Source of the DNA: Candidatus Sumerlaeaceae bacterium
GTDB taxonomy: Bacteria; Sumerlaeota; Sumerlaeia; Sumerlaeales; Sumerlaeaceae
Assembly (NCBI GenBank): GCA_051003195.1
Contig: JBPCLP010000008.1
Coordinates: 32,001-96,000 of the forward strand
Direction: 5' to 3'
Length of the DNA stretch: 64,000 nucleotides
A program made the position numbers and the translations under genes. The notes beneath the pieces were generated by a model that was given only the letters and a program-made list of their open reading frames with translations, did no database searches and was not told the origin of the DNA. Positions 9,286-18,138 of this stretch are shown here, piece after piece. Positions within the stretch are counted from its first letter, which is position 1; every line of letters begins with the position of its first letter.

Positions 9286-10752
9286 GTGCCTGATAAACCT
9301 TTCGAATTAAGCCAGCCTGTGGACGTGGATACCGGAAAGCAACGGCGCCGCGGTTGTGCCGGCTGTGGGTGCAGCGGTGGTTGCCTCACTGTTGTCGCCG
9401 TGTTAAGCCTGCTGCTCGGACTTTTCATCGTCAGTGTTCCAGCGGTTATCCGGCATTTCATGATGAAATCGATGACCACGGCTGATAACACACGACTGCA
9501 AACTCTGCTTAGAACTCCTGTAAACTTCCCCGCGGACTGGCAACAGGCGCCGGTGTTCTCGCTGGAGCTTAAGGCGGGTGTTGAGCGCACCGCAAAAGCA
9601 TTCGACGCAACCGCCACTTCTTTCACCACCCAACTGCAGGATACGACCATTACGGCCGCGATCATCGCGCTGCAGACCCGAAATCCTATCACCCCGGAAG
9701 CATGGACATCTATCGGGTTAATCGTCAGAGCAGCCAATTCGGTTATGCAGGAGACTTCGGCAATCGCACATCTGCCGGACTACACGGCGGAATGTATTGC
9801 CCGTGCCGACCTTTGGGAGAACTCTGCCACCGGTATAGGGCTCGCCCACACCTTGCAGTTGGGACCAGCATGGGCACTTGCAGCGCATGAGTCCGCACGT
9901 GCGGAGGATTGGCCGCTTGCTTTCCACCAACTGGAAACAGCGTTTCGCCTGGGCCAGGCGGCGGCAGCCCCCGGCGATCCTGCATCGCGGTTGCGCCAGC
10001 ATTTAATCCGCCATGCAGCCATTGCGACGGCTGCGATTGTAACGAGCTGCACGCAGGTTCAGCCAATGCATCACCTTCTGCACAGCCTTCGGGAGATACG
10101 TCCGAGACTGGTGCATGCGTCTGAGATGGATCCGCTGGCTCGTGATGCCGTGGGCAAGCTCCGCCAGTATGCGCGCGACGGCTTCCCTTCGAATCTGCAA
10201 CCGGGCCAGCCGGGTGCCTTCTATATCCTTCAAGGAATTGAGGCCGAAGTTTACAAGTACCCGAAATTCATGGCGGAGAATCTGCCGTTTACGGATCCGC
10301 GCAGGCCTGATTTCGAGCAGGCCGTGCGGCAGGCGGAGACCATGGGCGGCGTCGTGCGACTGAGCACGCTGCTACATCTCGCGGCAAGTTTTGTCCCGGA
10401 TGTCGTCGTCAGAGTGCTGATGCAGGTTAATCCAAAAAGCGCGGCGGATGAACAGCGGACAAATGCGTACGTAGATCTGGCCGCTCTTGCGCTGGCGAGC
10501 CGATTGTACGAAGTTGAGAGAAACGTGCCGCCGGGTTCGGCTGGAGATCTTGTTCCCGCGTTTATTGAAGCGCCGCTGCAGGATCCGTTCAGCGGAAAAG
10601 CGTACTTGTGGGACTCAGCCTCAGCGCGGTTTTACAGCGTCGGCCCTGACGGGAAGAACGATTACCTGAAAACGATTTCGGGCTCGGATGACGATCCAGG
10701 GGATATTGTACTGGGCAGCGATGGCTCGGCCTATATTGCCTATTGGCCGTAA
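9286..10752 (+). CDS. Membrane-anchored hypothetical protein with pseudopilin-like C-terminal motif
   Basis: 488 aa ORF. GCAGCGC followed by a TM helix, and C-terminal LVPAFIEAPLQDPFSGK...YSVGPDGKND resembling GspG-type C-termini. Confidence 0.6.
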   Translation: MPDKPFELSQPVDVDTGKQRRRGCAGCGCSGGCLTVVAVLSLLLGLFIVSVPAVIRHFMMKSMTTADNTRLQTLLRTPVNFPADWQQAPVFSLELKAGVERTAKAFDATATSFTTQLQDTTITAAIIALQTRNPITPEAWTSIGLIVRAANSVMQETSAIAHLPDYTAECIARADLWENSATGIGLAHTLQLGPAWALAAHESARAEDWPLAFHQLETAFRLGQAAAAPGDPASRLRQHLIRHAAIATAAIVTSCTQVQPMHHLLHSLREIRPRLVHASEMDPLARDAVGKLRQYARDGFPSNLQPGQPGAFYILQGIEAEVYKYPKFMAENLPFTDPRRPDFEQAVRQAETMGGVVRLSTLLHLAASFVPDVVVRVLMQVNPKSAADEQRTNAYVDLAALALASRLYEVERNVPPGSAGDLVPAFIEAPLQDPFSGKAYLWDSASARFYSVGPDGKNDYLKTISGSDDDPGDIVLGSDGSAYIAYWP

Positions 10753-10759
10753 ATAAGAG

Positions 10760-10787
10760 TCGGCACACCAGAGAACTGGTGTGCCGA
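10760..10787. terminator. Perfect 12-bp hairpin between convergent genes (probable bidirectional terminator, related to the dispersed repeat)
   Basis: TCGGCACACCAG-AGAA-CTGGTGTGCCGA. Confidence 0.65.
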
Positions 10788-10795
10788 ATTTGTAA

Positions 10796-11176
10796 TCAAG
10801 TTGCCGAAAGAGTCTTTTTTGCGGACTCGCTGATCTTCTGGTTCGAGTCTTCCCGCTCGCGAATTACTTTGGCGGCTTCCTCCTGCAGGTTGACCGGTTC
10901 CGGTTTCGATGGCTTTACCCGGATGACAAAGTCGTCGCGTGTCTCGCTGCCCAGCTTGGCTGTAAAGCCCTCGTTGCGCAACGCCTGGAGTAAATCGCGC
11001 TGCACTTGACGCACTTTGTCTGTCTCTGCAAAGGTTCCGTATCCGCGCTTGTAGCGCCGGACTTCGAGCCGGTAGCCACCCGTCTGTGTCGCTGCAGGGT
11101 CGTAATCCAGCATGAAGTCGGGATAGTTTCGCAATACCCGCTCGGCCAAATGACGAAGTTTAGTCTCGTCGGCCAA
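10796..11176 (-). CDS. Hypothetical protein
   Basis: 126 aa ORF with TTG start preceded by AGGAGG; no recognised motif. Confidence 0.65.
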   Translation of the reverse strand: MADETKLRHLAERVLRNYPDFMLDYDPAATQTGGYRLEVRRYKRGYGTFAETDKVRQVQRDLLQALRNEGFTAKLGSETRDDFVIRVKPSKPEPVNLQEEAAKVIREREDSNQKISESAKKTLSAT

Positions 11177-11269
11177 TTGCCCCGCCTCCTTTCTGCAGTC
11201 TTCTAATTAACAGTTATAACTCAAAATGAGGTAAGTTCGTCAAATGGATTTTGCGCGAGCTCCGGAGGG

Positions 11270-11626
11270 TTAGCCGTTTTTGAGTTCGCTCAGAATGTTC
11301 GATAGTTCTTTCAGGCGGGATCGATTAATCCGCACGGTGGGGCCGGTCCAGTCCGGATTGGTGGCGAGGTCTCGTTTTGCTTCATCCACCATGTCGGTTA
11401 TGAGAGAGATAATTGAAGGCAAATCAAGCACCTTGTCGATAGCCACGGCTGCTTCCTCCGGGGCATAGATATAGCTCGTCCCTTTGATCTGATCCTGGGC
11501 GGCCTTGGCGGCCCGAAGCGCTCCGATTGTGAACCTGGTTTCCAAGGGGGAGGTGACGTCTCCTGCTGTAGAGTGTACATTTACATGCTTTGTTGTTGAG
11601 GGATAGTACCTGTCCAACCGGTCCAT
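11270..11626 (-). CDS. Hypothetical protein
   Basis: 118 aa ORF directly downstream of amylosucrase; natural amino acid composition. Confidence 0.6.
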   Translation of the reverse strand: MDRLDRYYPSTTKHVNVHSTAGDVTSPLETRFTIGALRAAKAAQDQIKGTSYIYAPEEAAVAIDKVLDLPSIISLITDMVDEAKRDLATNPDWTGPTVRINRSRLKELSNILSELKNG

Positions 11627-11647
11627 TCAAGTAACTTTGCGCTGAAT

Positions 11648-13624
11648 TTAGGACTCACGCAGCTTACTGGGTGCTGCCGACAGCCACAGAAGCTGGTAAG
11701 AAGACAGGTTCAGCGGCTGGTCTGCATCGTACGGGGTACCAGTGATCCGGTCGGTGCAATGTGAGCCGATGCCTCGCAGAATATCGGGGTGCAGCTGGTG
11801 CGACGTCTCGGTCATGTTCGCAATTACCACGATCGGCTCGGCCTGGTGCTCGCGGCTAAAGGTCAGTACATGTGGATTACCGGTATGGATGGTTCGCAGT
11901 GTCGAGCCTGACAGTGCAGGGAGGGCTTTGCGGGTACGGAGGAGCCGCTGGATTCCGGTGAAGAATCGTTGGGGCAGATCGGCTGCGCGGCGTTCAGCAG
12001 TGCCCCAATGGAAGGCGGGACGATGAACCCATCGGCTGTCCTCGGCTTTTTCTGGATTCGCTTCGTAGGAGTAATCGTTTAACTGCCCGATCTCGTCGCC
12101 AAGGTAGATCAACGGGATCCCGCCGGCGGCAAAGATCAGCCCGTGAAGAAGGAGGATGCGCGCGAGCGCCAGTTCGGTAAGTGTTTGCTGGTGCTTTCCT
12201 GAGTCCTTGAGCGCCTCTTCAAGTCCGGCTAAAGACGCCAAGGTTCCGCTGACGCGGGCGTCGCCGGTGACGGGATTCTCCTGGAACGGAACGCCGCGGG
12301 CGAACGAGCCGGAAAAACGCCCGGTGTAGAATGCGTTCAGGAACTGACGGTGACCATGCGGATCGATGCCGACTCGACGGGCATCGTCATCAGCGAAGGT
12401 CCATCCGATGTCATCATGGCAGCGGACATAATTAACCCATGAGGTGCCGGAAGGAAGTGCGTATCTTGTGGCGAGACTATGCTCGAGCAGGCGTACCTCG
12501 CGCGTAGCGAGAGTTTCCCAAAGCAGTGCCATGAGCAGCGGATTATAGGATAGCTGGCACTCGCCGGGCGAGACATATTTGAGCACTTCGTCGGGATGGA
12601 CAATGGCCTCACTTTTGAACAGCAGCGCTGGTGCAGCGATGCGCACGATAGCATTCATCGCCTGGATGATCATGTGCGCCTCGGGCTGGTTTTCACAGGT
12701 CGTGCCGAGTCGCTTCCATATAAACGCGACCGCATCCAGGCGAAGAATTTCGACGCCCTGGTTTGCCAGGAAAAGCATCTCCGCAGCCATGGCGCGGAAC
12801 ACCGCTGGATTATCGTAGTTCAGGTCCCACTGGAAGGAATGGAATGTCGTCCAGACCCATCGGTGCATGGTTTCGTTCCATGTAAAACTGCCACGGCGGG
12901 TGGACGGGAAGATTTCGCGAAGCGTTTGCTCGTAAGCGTCGGGTTCGGTTCGATCAGGAAAGGTCAGGTAGAATTCGCGGAACTCGACGTTGCCCGATTT
13001 TGCGCGCTCAGCCCAGAGGTGTTGGTCCGAAGTGTGGTTGAAAACGAAATCAAGGCATAGACTAATGCCGGCGTTGCGGAATTCATGACTGAGTGCTGCA
13101 AACTCGTCCATCGTGCCGAGACGCGGGTCCACGTCGCGATAACTGCTGACCGCGTATCCGCCATCGGAATTCCCCTCAGGCGAACGGAAAAGAGGCATCA
13201 GATGCAGGTAGGTGATTCCGAGTTCCTTAAGATACGGGAGACGCGCCCGGAGACCCGCCAAATCCCCGGCGAAGAGGTCGACGTACGCAATGGCGCCGAC
13301 CATCTGGTTGGACTGAAACCAGTCGGGAGTTCGTTCTCGCTGAAGGTCGAGTTCGTGTAGCTCGGCGGGTCGAGCCTGGAACGCCGCGGCCGTTTCCAGC
13401 AGCAGCTGCTCGAGCTGATGTTCGAAATCTGAGCGGCTGCCGTAGAGGAACAAAAGCAGGTCGAACAGGCGTGGCCATTCGCCTTGGAGGCGCTGTTCGA
13501 AATGCGCGAAATGATTCGCGGACGTAAAACTCGACTTCAACCGCGGGAGCTGCCGAGTGAGGACTTCTGAGGCATTCGTCACTGCAGCTTCAGAACTGCT
13601 ATGGTGAGGCTGTGAATTCGGCAT
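11648..13624 (-). CDS. Amylosucrase / GH13 alpha-amylase family
   Basis: YVDLFAG, DGGYAVSSYR, DFVFNHTS, LRLDAVAFIWK, FKSEAIVHP, YVRCHDDIGW and EDSRWVHRP motifs. Confidence 0.92.
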   Translation of the reverse strand: MPNSQPHHSSSEAAVTNASEVLTRQLPRLKSSFTSANHFAHFEQRLQGEWPRLFDLLLFLYGSRSDFEHQLEQLLLETAAAFQARPAELHELDLQRERTPDWFQSNQMVGAIAYVDLFAGDLAGLRARLPYLKELGITYLHLMPLFRSPEGNSDGGYAVSSYRDVDPRLGTMDEFAALSHEFRNAGISLCLDFVFNHTSDQHLWAERAKSGNVEFREFYLTFPDRTEPDAYEQTLREIFPSTRRGSFTWNETMHRWVWTTFHSFQWDLNYDNPAVFRAMAAEMLFLANQGVEILRLDAVAFIWKRLGTTCENQPEAHMIIQAMNAIVRIAAPALLFKSEAIVHPDEVLKYVSPGECQLSYNPLLMALLWETLATREVRLLEHSLATRYALPSGTSWVNYVRCHDDIGWTFADDDARRVGIDPHGHRQFLNAFYTGRFSGSFARGVPFQENPVTGDARVSGTLASLAGLEEALKDSGKHQQTLTELALARILLLHGLIFAAGGIPLIYLGDEIGQLNDYSYEANPEKAEDSRWVHRPAFHWGTAERRAADLPQRFFTGIQRLLRTRKALPALSGSTLRTIHTGNPHVLTFSREHQAEPIVVIANMTETSHQLHPDILRGIGSHCTDRITGTPYDADQPLNLSSYQLLWLSAAPSKLRES

Positions 13625-13755
13625 GTTTCGCCTGGCAGCTTGCGATTCCAGTGCCATCCAGGCAGGTTTACAGTTGAGCAAAGGCGCCCTGGAAGCACTG
13701 CGTGAAGAGCCGCCGCCCAGTGAAGACTGACGTCAGCGCGTCCTCTGACGAAGAA

Positions 13756-14106
13756 TTACCGCTGCATTCCCACGCAGTAGTCCGTCACGTCTGGCGTCCT
13801 CCATTTCAGCGGGAAGCCGATGCACTGAACTGGTTTGGAAGCGTGGACCTGGCAGCGGTTGTTTTCGAGGAAGATGCAATCCATCTCCGGCCCGGGTTTG
13901 TCGAGGAGCCATAAATCGCCGGCCGAAGAGTGGTCCGTAATTTCTGGTGTGCGGGTATATCGGGATTGAAATTCGGCGACGGAGATTTTGAGCAACGCAG
14001 CCATTTGTCCGATGTCTTCCGGGGTGACTCGGACGTAGCCTTCGCCGCGGCAACAGTTCCCGCACATCGCGCAGGAGAATTCTGTAATGTTGTAGCTGTC
14101 GCTCAT
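13756..14106 (-). CDS. YkgJ family cysteine-cluster (Fe-S/Zn) protein
   Basis: FSCAMCGNCC...CIFLENNRCQVHASKPVQCIGFP...C. Confidence 0.88.
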   Translation of the reverse strand: MSDSYNITEFSCAMCGNCCRGEGYVRVTPEDIGQMAALLKISVAEFQSRYTRTPEITDHSSAGDLWLLDKPGPEMDCIFLENNRCQVHASKPVQCIGFPLKWRTPDVTDYCVGMQR

Positions 14107-14152
14107 ACCTAAGATCGCAGTCGATTGCACAACGTACCGCATCTTTCATTCG

Positions 14153-14890
14153 ATGCGCGATATACAAGTCGGAATGGGACGCAGCCTCGAATCCATACAA
14201 CGCGAAGTGATCGCGTGCCGCGCATGCGAACGCCTCGTGGAATGGCGCGAGCGAGTCGCGCGTGAAAAGGTACGTCGTTTTCGCGACCAGGATTACTGGG
14301 GCAAGCCCGTGCCGTCGTTTGGCGATCCGACTGCGCGGCTGTTGATTCTTGGTCTTGCACCGGCCGCGCATGGGGGCAACCGGGTGGGACGCATTTTCAC
14401 GGGCGATCGTTCGGGCGATTGGCTGTTTCGTGCGCTCCACAGGGCCGGATTTGCAAACCAGCCGACTTCAGTTTATCGGGAGGATGGACTGGAACTGCGC
14501 GATTGTTACATTACGGCAACAGCGAGATGCGCCCCGCCGGATAATAAGCCGCTGCCGTGCGAGCTGGAAACTTGCCGCGGTTTTCTTGATCGTGAAGTCG
14601 ATATTTTATGGCCGCAGTTAAAGGTGGTAGTGGTCCTGGGGAAAATTGCGCATGATGCGTGGCTTGCGCAATTGCGGCGGAGAGGCATTGAACTCGGCAA
14701 ACCTGTGCCGTCATTTGGACATCTGGCGGAGCATCGTTTTGCAGGCGCTCCAGCGCTGCTTTGTTCGTTTCACCCGAGCCAGCAGAACACGCAGACGGGA
14801 AAATTGACGGAGCCAATGTTTGATGCGGTGTGGGAGCGCGCCCAGAGCCTGGTTTGTGGCAGGAATGCCGAACTTGGAATGGAGCTTTAG
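14153..14890 (+). CDS. Uracil-DNA glycosylase, family 5 (UdgB-like, Fe-S)
   Basis: CRACERL, GLAPAAHGGNRVGRIFTGD, RCAPPDNKP and FHPSQQNT motifs. Confidence 0.92.
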   Translation: MRDIQVGMGRSLESIQREVIACRACERLVEWRERVAREKVRRFRDQDYWGKPVPSFGDPTARLLILGLAPAAHGGNRVGRIFTGDRSGDWLFRALHRAGFANQPTSVYREDGLELRDCYITATARCAPPDNKPLPCELETCRGFLDREVDILWPQLKVVVVLGKIAHDAWLAQLRRRGIELGKPVPSFGHLAEHRFAGAPALLCSFHPSQQNTQTGKLTEPMFDAVWERAQSLVCGRNAELGMEL

Positions 14891-15018
14891 GCTGGGTTAG
14901 TACCGCAACAACAATACTGCCCAGGCGAAAGCCTGTACATCGGGACGAAATTGAATGCGCTTCCTGCAGGATGTGAAAACCTTTTGCACATGCGAGCGGC
15001 GTCGCAGCGAATCCGATT

Positions 15019-15879
15019 ATGAGTGACGATATTCTTCTCGGTGCGCACATGAGCACGGCGGGCGGTATGCCGCGTGCGATTGAACGCGGCGAATCCATTG
15101 GCTGCACGGCAATCCAGGTTTTTGTTAAAGGCAACACGCGCTGGCAGTGGCCGCCACTGAAGCCCGAGGACATAAAGCAGTTTCGCGAGGGAATGGAGCG
15201 GAAGAGTATACGTTCAGTAATCGCGCACGCTATTTACCTCGTGAATCTCTGTTCCGACAAGCCCGAGTTTGTACGAAAGTCGATCGACGATATGATCGAT
15301 GAAGTGAACCGGTGCGACGTGCTTGGCATCCCGGGCGTGGTGATGCATCCTGGTGCACATTGCGGTGCGGGTTGCGAAGCCGGTATTGAAGCAATTGCCC
15401 ACGGTCTCAACGAGGTGTTTGCCTCGACACCAAAGGGCACAGCGCGTATCCTGCTGGAGACAACGGCAGGACAGGGCTCATGTCTTGGGAATCAATTCGA
15501 AGAGCTGGCGGCGATTATCGATGGCGTGGAACGCAAAGATCGGCTGGGCGTTTGCCTGGACACGTGCCACGTATTTGCAGCCGGTTTTGACGTGCGGACG
15601 CGCGAAGGCTACGACCTGATGTGGAAGGACTTTGACAGAATCGTCGGTCGCAAAATGTTGATGGCGATTCACCTGAACGACAGCAAGCAGCCGCTGGGAT
15701 CACGAAAGGACCGTCACGAGCACATCGGCAAGGGCCAACTGGGGCTGGAGCCGTTCAGGTTCATTATGAACGACCCGAAACTGAAGAAAATACCCAAGGT
15801 CCTCGAAACCGACAAAGATGACAAGATGACGGAAGACCAGGAGAACATGGCGACGCTTCGGTCGCTGCTGGCGAAATGA
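15019..15879 (+). CDS. nfo: Endonuclease IV (AP endonuclease)
   Basis: GAHMSTAGG, HAIYLVNL, MHPGAH, LETTAGQG, CLDTCH, HLNDSK and DRHEHIG motifs. Confidence 0.96.
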   Translation: MSDDILLGAHMSTAGGMPRAIERGESIGCTAIQVFVKGNTRWQWPPLKPEDIKQFREGMERKSIRSVIAHAIYLVNLCSDKPEFVRKSIDDMIDEVNRCDVLGIPGVVMHPGAHCGAGCEAGIEAIAHGLNEVFASTPKGTARILLETTAGQGSCLGNQFEELAAIIDGVERKDRLGVCLDTCHVFAAGFDVRTREGYDLMWKDFDRIVGRKMLMAIHLNDSKQPLGSRKDRHEHIGKGQLGLEPFRFIMNDPKLKKIPKVLETDKDDKMTEDQENMATLRSLLAK

Positions 15880-17861
15880 ACTTTCGCTGGTACGCGGCCC
15901 GTTTGCGCGCCATGCCGCTGCCTGAGTATTTTTATCGAGCGAAGCAGTCGGCGGCGCTTAAGAAGCGCGCTGCAGTGGCGGGCCGCACGCCAGCTCTAAG
16001 GTTCTTTAGTACGTTGGCGGAGCTGCCCGAAATTACGGAGCCGCGGCAAGTGCGATTTTTCGATGTCGTGCTGTTGTATGACGGAACTGAAGAGATCGAC
16101 TGGCACCGCGATTACAGCACCGGCAAACGCTCACCGCGTCGATTCTATGGACGTATCGATTATCGCGACAGCGCACGTATAGGCGACGCGAAATATATCT
16201 GGGAACTGAATCGCCACCAGTTCATGGTGCCATGGGCGCTTCACTACGCGGCGACCGGAGACGAACAGGATGTTGCCGCCATTGTGCATCTGCTTCTCAA
16301 CTGGATAGCGGCTAATCCGAGGTACGTTGGGATTAACTGGGCGAGTTCGCTGGAACTCGCGTTGCGGCTCCTATCGTGGGGAATCGTATTCGACCTGTGC
16401 CGGCATTCCACTGTGCTTAACAGCATTCGGCCCATGGTGGAACGCTCGGTCACGGAGCAGGCCGGTTACATTCACGATACGCTGTCGCTCTATTCCTCCG
16501 CGAACAATCACCTGGTGGGGGAGCTGGTTGGGTTGGTAGCGGCAGGCGTTTTCTTCCCGAACGCGCCCAGTGTACGGCAGTACGCGGAGTTTGCGCGCGC
16601 AGAGCTCCTCCGGCAGGCGCATCTTCAAAATCACGCAGACGGCGTAAACCGCGAACAGGCAGTTTATTACCACTATTACACGCTGGAATATCTTACTACC
16701 GCCATGGCGCTTTTCGAGCGGGCGGGGTGGAACTTTCCGGATGAGACAGCGGCGCTCGTGCGCAAGATGCTGGAGTTCATAGATGCGGTCGTAGACGATG
16801 AGGGCGTAGCGCCGGAGATTGGTGATCGCGATGATGGCTCAGTAACGGGATTGAATCTCGGGACCAACGTTGGATTGTACGAGTCGCTGCTTTGGACAGG
16901 ATGGCGCTTGTTTGGTGAGCAGTCGTTTGCCGACCACGCAGCAGGCGTCGCACGAGGGCGTGGTGATGAACCATCCGTAGATCCGCGCACGGTGTACTGG
17001 CATGGATTGCCGGAAAATGACTCCATGGAAAGGTGGGCGGAGAGTGAACCTGCGGCCACGGCAACTGCGAGGATTTTTCAACAAGGTGGCTATGCCGTAT
17101 TTGGATTGCCTGCAACAGAATCGGTGGATGCTTTGCGCATTCTTTTTAGAGCGGGTCCTTTTGGCTATCCGAGGATTGCGGCGCACTCGCATTGCGATCA
17201 GCTTTCCCTGTGTGCGAAGCTCGGCGAGATGGAACTGCTGACAGACAGCGGAACGTATTGCTATCATTCGAATGAGCGCTGGCGCCGCTATTTCAAAGGC
17301 ACGACTGCGCACAATACGGTGCGAGTGGATGAAATGGACCAGGCCGAATACGGAGGTCCATTTCTCTGGGTGACGCATGCAGACGCCGAGTTACAGGAGT
17401 TGCAGAAACGTGAGTTTGGTTTTCGAATCGCGGGGGTGCATTCCGGATACCGACGGCTTGCGGAACCTGTCGAGCACAGCCGAACCATCGAAGTTTCGAG
17501 TGGAGAACGGAAGCTGCTTGTTCGTGACACTCTCGGCAGCGGTGAGGCGCACAAATACGAACTGATCTGGAACTTTGGTCCGGGGATCGAACCGGAGTGG
17601 AGCATCGATGAGGAGCAGATGCCAAATACGGAAATCACGTACCGCAGAGCGGAGTGGCTGCTGCGAACCGGCCAAAATATGGTTGCGCGATTTTCGGTTA
17701 ATTCCGAGCATCCGTTCCAGGTGCAGCTTTTTCACGGCGATGAGGTGGAGCCGGCGGGCTGGTATTCGCGTAAGTTTGGCGAACGCGTTCCTATTTACCA
17801 GCTGCGGATTACCGTGACTGCGGGATGGTGGTCGGTGGATAGCGCTTTAACAATTCACTGA
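15876..17861 (+). CDS. Heparinase II/III family protein
   Basis: DAKYIWELNRHQ, INWASSLE, NNHL, EQAVYYH, AHSHCDQLS, DSGTYCY and TTAHNTVRVD motifs. Confidence 0.9.
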   Translation: MNFRWYAARLRAMPLPEYFYRAKQSAALKKRAAVAGRTPALRFFSTLAELPEITEPRQVRFFDVVLLYDGTEEIDWHRDYSTGKRSPRRFYGRIDYRDSARIGDAKYIWELNRHQFMVPWALHYAATGDEQDVAAIVHLLLNWIAANPRYVGINWASSLELALRLLSWGIVFDLCRHSTVLNSIRPMVERSVTEQAGYIHDTLSLYSSANNHLVGELVGLVAAGVFFPNAPSVRQYAEFARAELLRQAHLQNHADGVNREQAVYYHYYTLEYLTTAMALFERAGWNFPDETAALVRKMLEFIDAVVDDEGVAPEIGDRDDGSVTGLNLGTNVGLYESLLWTGWRLFGEQSFADHAAGVARGRGDEPSVDPRTVYWHGLPENDSMERWAESEPAATATARIFQQGGYAVFGLPATESVDALRILFRAGPFGYPRIAAHSHCDQLSLCAKLGEMELLTDSGTYCYHSNERWRRYFKGTTAHNTVRVDEMDQAEYGGPFLWVTHADAELQELQKREFGFRIAGVHSGYRRLAEPVEHSRTIEVSSGERKLLVRDTLGSGEAHKYELIWNFGPGIEPEWSIDEEQMPNTEITYRRAEWLLRTGQNMVARFSVNSEHPFQVQLFHGDEVEPAGWYSRKFGERVPIYQLRITVTAGWWSVDSALTIH

Positions 17862-17922
17862 TAAAGCTGCGATCAAAAGCTATTACCCAGGTCTAAACCA
17901 CGCTGGGCACAGCGCGTCTGGA

Positions 17923-18120
17923 CTACGGTTCATCTTCCTGCACGCGCTGCATGAAATAGTGAGGCGTTCCCTGTTCGTCGGCAACGGTCTCGGCTGGAAA
18001 TTCTCCGCTGATAAAATCTTTGTAGTCGTCCAGCGTGAGGTCTTCCTGTGTGCCGATGAAGTGCGGACACCAGGATTCTGGTGAGTCGAATTCCGTGTCA
18101 CAGAAGGGGCAGGTTACCAT
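17923..18120 (-). CDS. Small putative zinc-binding protein
   Basis: 65 aa with CPFC...CPH; directly downstream of the HEAT-repeat gene on the same strand. Confidence 0.55.
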   Translation of the reverse strand: MVTCPFCDTEFDSPESWCPHFIGTQEDLTLDDYKDFISGEFPAETVADEQGTPHYFMQRVQEDEP

Positions 18121-18138
18121 AGGCTAAGAATGTTCTGA

